DNA of 64,000 nt from Nannocystales bacterium (GCA_050633305.1 JBOEGF010000020.1:96312-160311); one strand, 5' to 3'. Positions 1-9,375 are shown, counted from the stretch's first letter. Notes: generated from the sequence alone by a model not told the origin. A program made the numbers and translations.

Positions 1-82
1 GAGGTAGCCCGAGACATCCGGCGGCCGCGAGCTCCAAGAGCATGTCCCGAAAGTCGTCGAATAGCTCTGGCTCCGCTACCAT
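1..82 (-). pseudogene. N-terminus of a putative minimal nucleotidyltransferase-like protein (runs off the window, may be truncated)
   Basis: ATG at 82 reads MVAEPELFDDFRDMLLELAAAG, resembling the 'DFxDLLxxLxxAGxxFVVVGG' start of small nucleotidyltransferases; it then continues CLGLP instead of the expected hydrophobic-GG motif. Confidence 0.4.
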
Positions 83-97
83 CGCGCAGACCCGAGT

Positions 98-334
98 CTA
101 TCGTGTCGCCGCGCGGACGACCCTTCCCGGAGCGTCGCGACGTCGGTAGGACGGCATCGGTTTGCCCGACAGCTCCCAGCCGATCATCGTCGCGATACGT
201 ACCTGGGCAACCCTCTGCGAGGGTGTCCACGCAACGATCTGCGGCCCTCGCAGCAGCTCCATACCGCCGATTCGACCCACGTAGGAAGCGCGATCCTGCG
301 CGCGCTGCCTGCGTCCGTTGGAGTCGTCGCTCAC
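98..334 (-). CDS. small hypothetical protein, possible partner of the downstream nucleotidyltransferase-like gene
   Basis: 78 aa ORF ending WELSGKPMPSYRRRDAPGRVVR, 15 bp upstream of the NTase-like start. Confidence 0.5.
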   Translation of the reverse strand: MSDDSNGRRQRAQDRASYVGRIGGMELLRGPQIVAWTPSQRVAQVRIATMIGWELSGKPMPSYRRRDAPGRVVRAATR

Positions 335-432
335 GCAGCCATTGTAGCCTCTCTGGACGCGTACGCACAGGTCGGGCCGCGCGACGATTTCTAGTCTTGA
401 AAAGCCTTTGAAGTCCAGCAGCTTGCTCCGTC

Positions 433-769
433 ATGCACGTCGTCTTCTGTCGTCCGAGGTGTCGGCAAAAACAAGAGGATGGGTTCGAGCTCGAAGCGGA
501 TGTGCTCGATGCGATGGGCGTGGAATCGCTTTGGACCGAGATGGAGGCGGTCGAGGATGGACAACTCGACTCAGTCCTCGAGACCGCCTCGGTCGGCGCA
601 GGCGAAACCCTACTTCGTAGCTGGATGCTTCGCGAAGAGGAGTACGCGGTTGACGTCGGGACAATGGGTGGTGCTCGAAGTCGGCGATGGCTCCGTGTCG
701 ACGCTGCCTCCCCTGATGGACCCTCGAGGATTCTATGAGCAACTCCTCGGCTCGAACGGAGGGCGGTGA
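433..769 (+). pseudogene. internally deleted, frameshifted R2K-type ATP-grasp (DUF4343-like) protein
   Basis: One frame gives the N-terminus (MHVVFC...LLRSWMLREEEY); near 646 another frame gives the C-terminus (RLTSGQWVVLEVGDGSVSTLP...DPRGFYEQL); the central ATP-grasp part is missing. Confidence 0.65.
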
Positions 770-773
770 AGGA

Positions 774-1649
774 ATGGCTGTCTTTCACCCGAACCAGCGC
801 CTTCGAGGGGCATCAGCGACGGACCTCGAGCGCGTGTCCACGTCGTACTGGCACGCCAGCCACCCGCGGCACCTCCACCAAGACGATCCTGCGTCCGGTT
901 CTCCTCGCCGGGCTCCTCCGCCCGGAACAGACCGCGACCGGCCGTGGTTCCGCCCACGCATGGACTTCCGACCGCGTCGACTCGACCCCTTCGACGCTTC
1001 ACTGATGGTCTGCGTCGTCGCGGTAGCGGTCTTCGGCCTGCTCGTCGCAGCGGTCGTGGGCATCGAGGCCCTCCACCGGGCGTACCTGGTATGGCCGCTC
1101 TTCCTGGCCCTCTCGGCCGTGGGCTGGGCCACGATCGACAGCTGGGCGCCGACCGACGCCCCCGCGCTCCGCATGGCCGCGGCGCTGCTCGGCTTCGTCA
1201 CCATCGAGGCGCTCGCGGTCGCGCCCGTGGTCGACGCCGCGTGGGACGTAGCGGGCCCGTGCTCGGTAATCGGGGCCGGCATCGCGACCGGCATGCTCTT
1301 CGCAGGCCTCGTCACCCGTGCGCTGCTCAAGCCAGCCACAGAGCTGGAGGTCGTCGACCTTCTCGTCGCCCCGGGGCTAGTCATGGCCGCGACGTTCCTC
1401 GCGGCTCTCGCTGTCGGTCTACCGCTCCGCCTCGCACCCATGTCTGGGCTCATTGGGCTGAGCGGGCTGCTCGCGCTGGGCGAGATCGGCCGCGTCTTCT
1501 CCTACGTACGAGCAGGGCAGGGGTGGGCCGGCGGCGCGCGACTCTTCGCCTGCGTGACCCTTCTGTTCGCCGAACTCGTCGTCCACTTCGGGACCGTCGT
1601 CCGCGGCGACGCGTTCTTCGAAGCGCTCTGGACCAGTCTCGGAGCCTGA
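774..1649 (+). CDS. divergent Bax inhibitor-1/YccA-like multi-pass membrane protein
   Basis: About 7 hydrophobic segments with BI-1-like spacing (FVTIEAL..P, VIGAGIATGMLFAGL, GARLFACVTLLF) after a hydrophilic N-terminus; start placed at ATG 774. Confidence 0.6.
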   Translation: MAVFHPNQRLRGASATDLERVSTSYWHASHPRHLHQDDPASGSPRRAPPPGTDRDRPWFRPRMDFRPRRLDPFDASLMVCVVAVAVFGLLVAAVVGIEALHRAYLVWPLFLALSAVGWATIDSWAPTDAPALRMAAALLGFVTIEALAVAPVVDAAWDVAGPCSVIGAGIATGMLFAGLVTRALLKPATELEVVDLLVAPGLVMAATFLAALAVGLPLRLAPMSGLIGLSGLLALGEIGRVFSYVRAGQGWAGGARLFACVTLLFAELVVHFGTVVRGDAFFEALWTSLGA

Positions 1650-1849
1650 CGCGAATCGACTTGGCGCCTGGATCATCCCCGCGACCGACAGGATCGGCCC
1701 ATCCGTGCGCTCGTCCCCAGCCGAACGTGTCCTCGGACCTCGAGTGCAAGCCAGTCACTGCGCTTCGCGGAGGGATGCGAACTCGGCCAGGAAGGGGGGG
1801 CGGTGCCACGTTGGTGGCCGGCAGTCTGACGCTGCCGCCTGGGGCTCCG

Positions 1850-2524
1850 TCACTTCGCCACATCGGGCGGACGATTCCTGCCCAGCCGAAGAGTGAAGAC
1901 GCCATCCTCGAAACGGTCCGCCACCTCCCGCGGCACCGGACCGATCTGTGCCAGGCCCTCAATACAGTCCAAGAGTTCGACCGACCTCGAATGGCTCTCC
2001 TCGCGGTACCGAACCTCGGTGATCTTGGCCTCGTTTCCTTTCGGTTCGACGATGAAGTCCAAGGCGACGCCTTCGGGGACAGGCTCGGATGACTCGCTCT
2101 GCTCGACACACAGGCCGACAAGCATCGTCATGTCTTCTTCGACCGCCTCGAGAACCTTCTCCCACGGAAGTTCCAGCAGCCTCAGCTGCGACTGCAGCAA
2201 CTCGACCTCGTCTCCCGTCTCGTCACCACCGTCGTGCGCCTCTTCCCGACTGACCTCTGCCCGCTGTCCCCGGTGCTCCTGCGGCACCGAAGGTCCGCGC
2301 TCCGACGCTCCGCGGGCGCGCTGCTTCTTTCTCGGTTTGCGCACTACGGGGTCGGGCACAGCGACTTCGACGGCCGGTGATTCCTGTTGCCGTCCCGTTC
2401 TCGAATACAGCCACACCCCGACGCAGACCACGAACACCACACCGACCACGAGGGCGGCCAGCCAGCCCCCGGGCCTTTGCCACCGAACTCCTTTCGGCTG
2501 CGGCTCTCGATTCACGATGGCCAT
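1850..2524 (-). CDS. membrane-anchored protein with C-terminal AgmX/PglI (TonB-C-like) domain
   Basis: One N-terminal TM helix, Pro/charged linker, then Cys..(LDFIVEPKG)..LLDCI pattern. Confidence 0.6.
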   Translation of the reverse strand: MAIVNREPQPKGVRWQRPGGWLAALVVGVVFVVCVGVWLYSRTGRQQESPAVEVAVPDPVVRKPRKKQRARGASERGPSVPQEHRGQRAEVSREEAHDGGDETGDEVELLQSQLRLLELPWEKVLEAVEEDMTMLVGLCVEQSESSEPVPEGVALDFIVEPKGNEAKITEVRYREESHSRSVELLDCIEGLAQIGPVPREVADRFEDGVFTLRLGRNRPPDVAK

Positions 2525-2534
2525 TGGGTACGCC

Positions 2535-2686
2535 CCTTAGCGCTGCGCGTCTTCGACAACGAACGCGGGGGTCGATGTTGAACCTAATGCTCGAAGCGGT
2601 CCACCTCTACCGTGCGCCCCAGCGGCTGTACCTCGACAACGGGAGCACCTACCGGGGTGAAGCTCTGGAAACCGCGTGCGGTCGGT
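2535..2686 (+). pseudogene. fragment of a DDE (rve-type) integrase/transposase
   Basis: ALRVFDNER / frameshift / MLNLMLEAVHLYRAPQRLYLDNGSTYRGEALETACGR contains the 'P..LY.DNGS.Y' second-Asp motif of the integrase core. Confidence 0.75.
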
Positions 2687-2860
2687 GGCGTTGCCCACCA
2701 CCTACGTGCGGCGCCATCGAATCCGGACGGAAAGCCCGGCCGCTCCGGCGAGCTAGCCTGTCACTTTTTGTGCCGAATCTTGGGGCGGGTCAGACCCACG
2801 CCAAGAGTGGTGCGTGTACTGCCACGGCTGGCCGCGTTTTGCCGCGCCCACCGGAGTCTC

Positions 2861-4321
2861 ATGCCCCGATTCGGAATCGCGATCGCCCTGTTGTGTCTAA
2901 CGTCTGTTGGCTGCTCGAAAGCCACGAACACTGCGACTACCCCCCCTGACGTGCCCCAGACCCTGAGGGCCCAGCCGTTGGCGGTGGCGACGAACGAGGC
3001 GCCCACCGCGGTCGCACCCGATCAGGCCCAGGACCCCAACCGCCCTTGGCTCAGCGCTGCCACGGCGAGCGACTACATGCTGATCGGCCAGACGGACCAG
3101 ACGTTCGGCGTGTGGGTCGACATCCCGCAGGCGTTCGGTGGCCACGTGCCCACCGCGCTCACGCTTGCCATCGACACGTCTGGCTCGATGCGGGGCGACA
3201 ACATCAAGCACGCGCGCGAAGCCGCTGGGCGTCTGATCGACGAGTTGGAGGACGGAGACATCGTGTCGCTGGTCACCTTCTCCGGCGAGGGGCGAGTGCT
3301 GATGCCACCCACGGCCCTCGACGCCCAACGCCGCCGCAGCCTTCACAACATCATCGAGGAGTTGAGCGCCGATGGCGGAACCGCGATGCATGATGGCCTC
3401 AAACTCGCCGAGTCGCAGCTGTGGGACACGCCCGACACGCACCTCGTCCGGCGTCTTGTCGTGGTCTCGGACGGCAAGGCAACCGTCGGCCCCATTTCGC
3501 CGCAGGAGCTTGGTCGGATCGCCGAGGTGGGTCTGCGAAGATCTGTCCAGGTCACGGCGCTCGGGGTTGGGCTGGACTACGACGAACTCACCCTCAACGA
3601 GCTCGCCCAGCGCTCGAACGGCCGCCTGTATCACGTCGAGAAGAGCGCGCAGCTACCGGGGATCATCGAAGATGAGATCGCATTGCTGGAGTCCACGGCC
3701 GCCGCGGGTGTCGAGGTCGAGCTGGTCGCCGCACCAGGAGTCGAGATCACGGGCACAGCCGTCGCTCGAAGCGCGCGATCGAGCGAGGGGATCCGCGTCC
3801 CGCTCGGCACCATGTTCGGTGGCCAGACGCGCGAGCTTCTCGTGCGCGCCCGCGTCCACGGGGATGGGACCGAGGGCCCGATGGTCCTTGCGTCGGTGCG
3901 ACTGCACTACCGCGATCCCGCCGATGGGGGCGTGAAGCGAGTGCAGGAGACGGTCCTGCGCGCAACCGTGACGGACGACCCGGGCCTCGTTGCCGAGCAC
4001 GCCCACAGTGGCCTGCAGACCTTGGTCGCCGTGCGTGACGCGTCGACGTGGGCGCAGCAGGCCTCGGCGGATCTCAACAGTGGCGACCTCGATGCCGCGG
4101 AGGTCCAACTCGCACGCGCCGAAGAAACCCTGCGGGTGCAGCATCGCCAAGCCAAGTCCAAGGGCGAGAAGGAACGGACCCGACGCTCGGCGGACAAGAT
4201 CGCCAAACAGCGCAGTGGCATCAAGAAAGCGAGGAAGAAGAAGCCCGCCGCACGGGCGAAGGCGAGTCGTAGCATCTCGCTCGAGGCCAACGACGACGCG
4301 ATGAACGCGTTTGGGTACTAA
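2861..4321 (+). CDS. VWA domain-containing lipoprotein (YfbK-like)
   Basis: GGAG RBS, lipoprotein signal (LLCLTSVGC), MIDAS motif DTSGSM, GGT and VSDG motifs. Confidence 0.9.
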   Translation: MPRFGIAIALLCLTSVGCSKATNTATTPPDVPQTLRAQPLAVATNEAPTAVAPDQAQDPNRPWLSAATASDYMLIGQTDQTFGVWVDIPQAFGGHVPTALTLAIDTSGSMRGDNIKHAREAAGRLIDELEDGDIVSLVTFSGEGRVLMPPTALDAQRRRSLHNIIEELSADGGTAMHDGLKLAESQLWDTPDTHLVRRLVVVSDGKATVGPISPQELGRIAEVGLRRSVQVTALGVGLDYDELTLNELAQRSNGRLYHVEKSAQLPGIIEDEIALLESTAAAGVEVELVAAPGVEITGTAVARSARSSEGIRVPLGTMFGGQTRELLVRARVHGDGTEGPMVLASVRLHYRDPADGGVKRVQETVLRATVTDDPGLVAEHAHSGLQTLVAVRDASTWAQQASADLNSGDLDAAEVQLARAEETLRVQHRQAKSKGEKERTRRSADKIAKQRSGIKKARKKKPAARAKASRSISLEANDDAMNAFGY

Positions 4322-5602
4322 GAGAGGAAACCAGTCTGGAAGTCTTGTAGAAAGCTTTCTAGCCACGCGTGCCGGGTCCGTCTCTGCCACGGACCAAACG
4401 TCGTGACACGTCGTCCGCACCTGTCCGTCGCGGACGTAGACCCTGTACCTGGGGGCCGTAGCAGAAGCGTTCCCGGCCCTCCTGAACCAACGCGAACGGA
4501 CGAGCCGAGGCTCGCCTTCTGCGGATTCAAGCTTCTCCCCTGACCTACGCGGCCAGGAGTAGGTCCAATGGGATCGGCTCGGTCTTCACCTTGTGGCACA
4601 GCCGCATCCGAACCGTGCCCGCCGGAAACACCACATCACGCACCCCCGCGTTCCAACGGGCGAGCGCAAGCCTGTAGTCCCGCAAGAACCGCCGCCGTAG
4701 CCGCTTCATCCCGCTTCGCTGCTCTGGAGTCTGTGTCGAAAACGTCGGCTGTCGGCCAAACAGCTCCTCTTCCTTCACCGGGACAGTCGACCAAGGGATG
4801 CTCCGGGCGGCCTTCATTCCGAGCACCGGCTTCCCTCCGCGCTCGACTCGAATCTTGGCCTCGCGCACCGCCAACCTCTCGCGAATCTTCGCGCGGAGCT
4901 CCTCATCGCTCAGCTCAGGTAGGATCCTCGGCCGGTCGAGCATGAGCACAGCCGTCTCAGGCACCGTCGAGCGGTCGGCAAAGGCGGCCCGACCAGAACG
5001 CTGCGAACTCCGGCGGTGTTTGTGCCGTTGTTTCTTCGACCAGATCCCGATGCGCGGCTTCGCGATGATGTACTCCTTGCCGTACGGCATACGCAGCGAG
5101 TTGAAGCCCTTCCAGTGGGCAGTCTTGTGGACGACACCGGCCGCCACCGCGTTGGCGAGGGTGTAGATGCAGTGCTCGAGGACCTTCTCGTCGCCGAGCA
5201 CGGTCTGGATCCCGGGACCATCAGCGAAGAACTTCCCGCTCTCGCCGCGGATCGAGTTCAGCGCACGCGCGACGAGGGCGTTGAAATCCTGAAGGAATTT
5301 GCAGACTCGTCCGAACCGGTCGTAGAGCACGATGTGGTAGTGAGTCGAGAGGAACTCGAACTCGTAGAACTCCATGCCCCACTCCTCCCTGTACCTCGAG
5401 GACACGACCGCGAAGGCAAACCGGATGACCTCGTTGACACGTTTTTTTGGGACCAACCGGTAGCTCCGGTGAACCGCGCGAACGGTGACGTACAGCGTGG
5501 TGTCAGGATAGAGGTTTCGAGGCATCGACATTGCCCAACAGCTGTCGACCACGGCTCGCGTTCGTTGCACGAAACACGTCTTCCAGACAGGTTCTGCCTC
5601 TT
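4320..5602. mobile_element. RAYT-like element bounded by imperfect 23-bp inverted repeats
   Basis: Left AAGAGAGGAAACCAGTCTGGAAG (4320-4342); reverse complement of right (5580-5602) AAGAGGCAGAACCTGTCTGGAAG, 18/23 identical; encloses one HUH transposase. Confidence 0.6.
4545..5531 (-). CDS. HUH/Y1 transposase, REP-associated tyrosine transposase (RAYT)-like
   Basis: MPR start, YVTVR, HUH motif LSTHYH, catalytic Y in YTLANAVAAG followed by W.G; C-terminal FPAGT typical of myxobacterial RAYT-like proteins. Confidence 0.85.
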   Translation of the reverse strand: MSMPRNLYPDTTLYVTVRAVHRSYRLVPKKRVNEVIRFAFAVVSSRYREEWGMEFYEFEFLSTHYHIVLYDRFGRVCKFLQDFNALVARALNSIRGESGKFFADGPGIQTVLGDEKVLEHCIYTLANAVAAGVVHKTAHWKGFNSLRMPYGKEYIIAKPRIGIWSKKQRHKHRRSSQRSGRAAFADRSTVPETAVLMLDRPRILPELSDEELRAKIRERLAVREAKIRVERGGKPVLGMKAARSIPWSTVPVKEEELFGRQPTFSTQTPEQRSGMKRLRRRFLRDYRLALARWNAGVRDVVFPAGTVRMRLCHKVKTEPIPLDLLLAA

Positions 5603-5611
5603 CCCCCCCCC

Positions 5612-6988
5612 TCAACCGCCACGACGGGGCGGTACGGCGGTCGACGCTTCGAGCAGGAACGAGTATGCCGAGGCGCTGGTCCCCATCGTGGCCCAGTACA
5701 TCTCGTGTTTCTCACCGACATACGTCCAGTCCCCATAAGCCCAGCCTCCCGGAGAGAAGCCGTCTAGAGTGTTCGGGTCGCTCGCGAACATGACGTTCAT
5801 CGCGGACTGGGGAATGTCTTTGAGGGTCGAGGAGTCGGCGAACTTGCTGACCGACAGCCCGTCCTCCTTGTTTTCATTGGTGACCCAGGTCATCTGAATA
5901 CGGCCGCACCGGTTGGTGAATCTTACGCCAAACCCACCAAGCAGATCCTCGTTCTCGATATCGGGGACGTAGACACGGTTGACCGTGGCCACGCCTTCGG
6001 CGACAGCTGCCACCGCCGCACCGACAGGGGTCGCCGTGGCTGCCCCGATCGCCGCGATTGCGTCCATCGCAATGATAACGCCGTTCTTAATCTTCTTGAG
6101 TTCCTCCATGTCGTTCTCCATCGCGAGGACGCCGAGCGTCATCGACTGGCCGTGGCGCAGGCGTCCGGCCCAGAGAATGGGAGGGTTCTGGGAGACCCCG
6201 TCGTCGTTCTTCCAGTCGAACGGACCGTAGGTGTTGGGCGCAACGACGCTATAGTACTTTCCGCCACCGGGCACATCGACGGGCTGGGTTCCGCCACGTG
6301 CCCCGCTCAATAGGACGTGGAACCACAACTCGTCCGCTCCTTCGTACTTCGTGTTGGTGCTGGCGTATACGTGTACCTTCGGGACACGCAGCATCACGAC
6401 ACGTTCGTACCCGTGTTTGGCGGCCGAGCAGGTAAAGGGGTTTTCTGACGCAAGACCGTTCCCCGCAGACTTGGGCCGGTGGACCAGCGTTGCAACCCGC
6501 GAGACGTGGCTCGAGGATGCGTTCTCGCCCGAGTACGAGTGGACTTGGAGCGTGTAGGTCTGCTCGGTGCTGCTGTTGTTCCACGCCGGTAGGAAGTCGC
6601 GCAGCGGCACGCTGAAGCGCTTGGTGCCGTCCTTCTTGGTCAGCGGTGAGAGCGTTCCGCTCGCGATGGGATGTTTCTCCCCCTTCCTGAGCAACGTCCA
6701 CTCGGCAGCGGATACCGCGTACGCGTTGTCGAACCACTTCCCCTCGATTTCGGGCGGCGTCTCCGAGAATTCGAACTTGCGCATCCACTCGTCGAACTCG
6801 AAGCCGGTGTGCGGGTCGACGTGAACCTTGCCGTTGATCAGCTTCTTCGCGTGGCGTGGGACCTTTCGGGGGCCGCGTTTGGCTCGTCGACTGCGGACAG
6901 ATGGGGCAGCTTCAACCCCGCTGGGAACCGCGACCAGAGCGCTGAGAGCAAGGAAACAGGAGAGCCGGACTGAGGCACGGGTGTACAT
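5612..6988 (-). CDS. secreted hypothetical protein with a C2-like beta domain and a hydrophobic hairpin
   Basis: Signal peptide MYTRASVRLSCFLALSALVAVPSGVEA; the longer ORF call to 7660 only reads through the IS relic. Confidence 0.75.
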   Translation of the reverse strand: MYTRASVRLSCFLALSALVAVPSGVEAAPSVRSRRAKRGPRKVPRHAKKLINGKVHVDPHTGFEFDEWMRKFEFSETPPEIEGKWFDNAYAVSAAEWTLLRKGEKHPIASGTLSPLTKKDGTKRFSVPLRDFLPAWNNSSTEQTYTLQVHSYSGENASSSHVSRVATLVHRPKSAGNGLASENPFTCSAAKHGYERVVMLRVPKVHVYASTNTKYEGADELWFHVLLSGARGGTQPVDVPGGGKYYSVVAPNTYGPFDWKNDDGVSQNPPILWAGRLRHGQSMTLGVLAMENDMEELKKIKNGVIIAMDAIAAIGAATATPVGAAVAAVAEGVATVNRVYVPDIENEDLLGGFGVRFTNRCGRIQMTWVTNENKEDGLSVSKFADSSTLKDIPQSAMNVMFASDPNTLDGFSPGGWAYGDWTYVGEKHEMYWATMGTSASAYSFLLEASTAVPPRRGG

Positions 6989-7105
6989 GCCGGGTTGACG
7001 CGCGCGCCCGGAGCTTGTGACACGCACAGCGTGTATTTCCCTGATCGCGTTGGCGTCGGGACGGCGTGCGCCCCACAGTGCGGTGTACGACGTCATTCCA
7101 GCAAC

Positions 7106-7121
7106 TGCTACGGAAATGCCG
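7106..7121 (-). promoter_or_regulatory. candidate sigma54 (-24/-12) promoter
   Basis: CGGCATTTCCGTAGCA = GG-N10-GC, about 118 bp upstream of ATG 6988; imperfect match to TGGCAC-N5-TTGCW. Confidence 0.4.
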
Positions 7122-7135
7122 TGGTCGATATCTTC

Positions 7136-7545
7136 AGTGGAGAAAAGCCGATGCACAGGAGTACGGCTTCCCGCCGCCGAAGGGGGGTGACGGCGCAGGA
7201 GCGGAGCGGCCGAGCGTGGACAGGGGTCGGAGCGAAGGCGTGGCTGCGAAAAACTGGGCCCGAAGCGAGCGCCGAGCCCCGAGGGCCCAAACTGCACGCA
7301 GGCCGAGACGACCCCGGTGCGAAGCCCCGTCCTTCCTATGCCCGAAGCACTCAGCGCCTGGCCGAGAACAGCTGGAGTTGTCCGCACACCGGCCCACGCC
7401 GCGGTCGCCGAGCACCGTGAAGCTCGGCGGCGATGTCCTGCGGCGTGGTGACGGCTCGAGTCCCACGCATCGGCCCAGGACAGCGGACGCACACGGAGAT
7501 GTCGATGCGGAAGACGCGGGCCAGCAGCGTTATCCACGGCGGCCC
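7136..7545 (-). mobile_element. IS91/ISCR-family relic A: last ~61 codons of the Y2 transposase plus 3' ori-proximal region (terminal ~17 bp missing)
   Basis: 7536->7351 translates WITLLARVFRIDISVCVRCPGPMRGTRAVTTPQDIAAELHGARRPRRGPVCGQLQLFSARR*, the W..LL.RVF.ID..CxxC C-terminus of IS91-family transposases; downstream ~215 bp shared with copies B, C, E. Confidence 0.8.
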
Positions 7546-7713
7546 GGGTCCCAGACGACCGAGGATGCAGCCCCCCTACTGCATCCCCCCGTCGTCGCTC
7601 CAAACACAACCGCGGCCACACTGGTTGTTGAACGTGGTGCCTCCCATCGAGGACGGGCAATACTCACGGATCGCGCTGCGGGCCGTTGCACTCGCCGACC
7701 ACAATCGACCTAC

Positions 7714-9093
7714 CTACGGTTCCAACCGCTGGATCACGGTTTCGGAGGGCCCGCTCAACGCGATGAGAAGCTTATCCTCCGGACCCTCGAGCACTCGTCC
7801 GTTGGTCGAGTTCGACGGGACGTCCAGGTCAGCCGCCCAAACGGACTCACCTTCCGCGATCCGCCGAAGGATGAACTGGCGCTCGAACGTGCTCTTGTTC
7901 CGCACGAGTTCCAGCACGACCAAGTCGCCTCCCTCGAGGACGGCGACGTCGAGGCAAGACGTCTCCAGCGGCTCCGGTTCGCCGAACGAGTCCGACCACT
8001 CGAGGGCTGCCTCACCCGATAGGCTGGCCGCGCCGTAGGTGTCGCCGTCTTCTCGTCTCCAGCAGATCCCAAGCCCAGATGAAGAGGCCCGCAGCCTTCC
8101 CGTGTGGATCAGCGCTGGGAGATCTGCGCTGAACTCGATATCTCCATCGGGGAGGTAGGACGTCACCGTCATTCCGTTCCTAGACGATGCCGAGGTTAGC
8201 GTCAGTGCCGAGCCGTTGGCTGCGAGCTCCATGTCCAGCAGGCGTTCGGGAAACTCGGCCTGCCAGAGTGAATCCCCGTTCGCGTCGAACCCCTGTACGG
8301 AGGAGCCTCCTGCGTAGTCTCGGAGTCCCCAGAATGCGCCGCCGTCTCCGGACGCGATGGAGTGCCGCACTGTCGTGATCGGATCGGAAAACGGGAGTTC
8401 GAGGGTCCAAAGCGGGGTGTCTTGCTCATAGGACCTGAGCTCCAATCCTCGCTGCACCAACAACCGCCCGGACGTGTGTAGGTCGGCCGGCGCCCCGGTC
8501 CAGATGTCGTCGAACACGAACTCGTCCACGAGCTCACCCTCGAGACTCAGCGTTCTGAGGCTCAACTCATCCACGTCGAGGTCGCGATTCGACAGCGCAA
8601 CCCGAACCCCGCCTTCGGCCAGGTTCACCATGTCCAGTGTTTCCCAGCCCGGGACCGAGACCGACCACAGAGCGGTCCCCGACGCAACGCACGTCGTGCT
8701 GCATCCGTCGCCATCGTCGACGTTGCCATCATCGCAGCCCTCTCCCTCGTCGACGTTGCCGTCGCCACAGGTCGGGCCGAGCGCACCACATCCAGGCTGG
8801 CACCCACCATAGGCGCCGTCGTTGATGCCGTCGTCGCAGGCCTCGTGCCCGTCGATCTCTCCGTCCCCACACACGGTCGCCGGCTCGCCCGTGGAGGACT
8901 CGTCCGCACCAGCCGACGTCGACTCGTCGCTCCCCGGTTCGAACCCCGTGGAGGACGACTCGAAGTCCGTCGTGCTCCCCGAGGTGGTCCCGGTCTCTTC
9001 GGACTCCTCGTTCGGCTGTGAACACGCCGACGAGAGGGTGGCTAGAATCGTGACAAACGCCGGTAGAAGTCGTCTCGGAGGGCTCGCAAGCAC
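7714..9093 (-). CDS. lipoprotein with myxococcal Cys-rich repeats (DUF4215-like) and probable beta-propeller
   Basis: Lipobox LSSAC, Ser/Thr-rich linker, two CGDG..D..E.CDDG repeats, periodic 'G..LW' blades; start approximate (GTG 9093). Confidence 0.8.
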   Translation of the reverse strand: MLASPPRRLLPAFVTILATLSSACSQPNEESEETGTTSGSTTDFESSSTGFEPGSDESTSAGADESSTGEPATVCGDGEIDGHEACDDGINDGAYGGCQPGCGALGPTCGDGNVDEGEGCDDGNVDDGDGCSTTCVASGTALWSVSVPGWETLDMVNLAEGGVRVALSNRDLDVDELSLRTLSLEGELVDEFVFDDIWTGAPADLHTSGRLLVQRGLELRSYEQDTPLWTLELPFSDPITTVRHSIASGDGGAFWGLRDYAGGSSVQGFDANGDSLWQAEFPERLLDMELAANGSALTLTSASSRNGMTVTSYLPDGDIEFSADLPALIHTGRLRASSSGLGICWRREDGDTYGAASLSGEAALEWSDSFGEPEPLETSCLDVAVLEGGDLVVLELVRNKSTFERQFILRRIAEGESVWAADLDVPSNSTNGRVLEGPEDKLLIALSGPSETVIQRLEP

Positions 9094-9147
9094 GAGGGGT
9101 CGGACGGCGGTGCCTAGGCAACATTCACGTCGAACGCGTGCGGCATC

Positions 9148-9372
9148 AGCGTTCAAGCGAAATGAAGTGGAGAAAAGCCGATGCGCAGGAGCACGGCTTG
9201 CCGCCGCCGAGCCTCTGAACCGCAGAGGGCGGTGATGGCGCAGGAGCGGAGCGGCCGGGCGTGGACAGGGGTCGGAGCGAAGGCGTGGGGGCGAAAAAGT
9301 GGGCCGGAACCGAGCGAGCCCCGAAGGCCCAAACTGCACGCACGCCGAGACGAGCCCGGTGCGAAGCGCCGT
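9148..9372 (-). mobile_element. IS91/ISCR-family relic B: 3' non-coding end with putative oriIS
   Basis: Near-identical to 7136-7330; ends CTTTTCTCCACTTCATTTCGCTTGAACGCT, with the same endpoint as copy C. Confidence 0.8.
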
Positions 9373-9375
9373 ATC

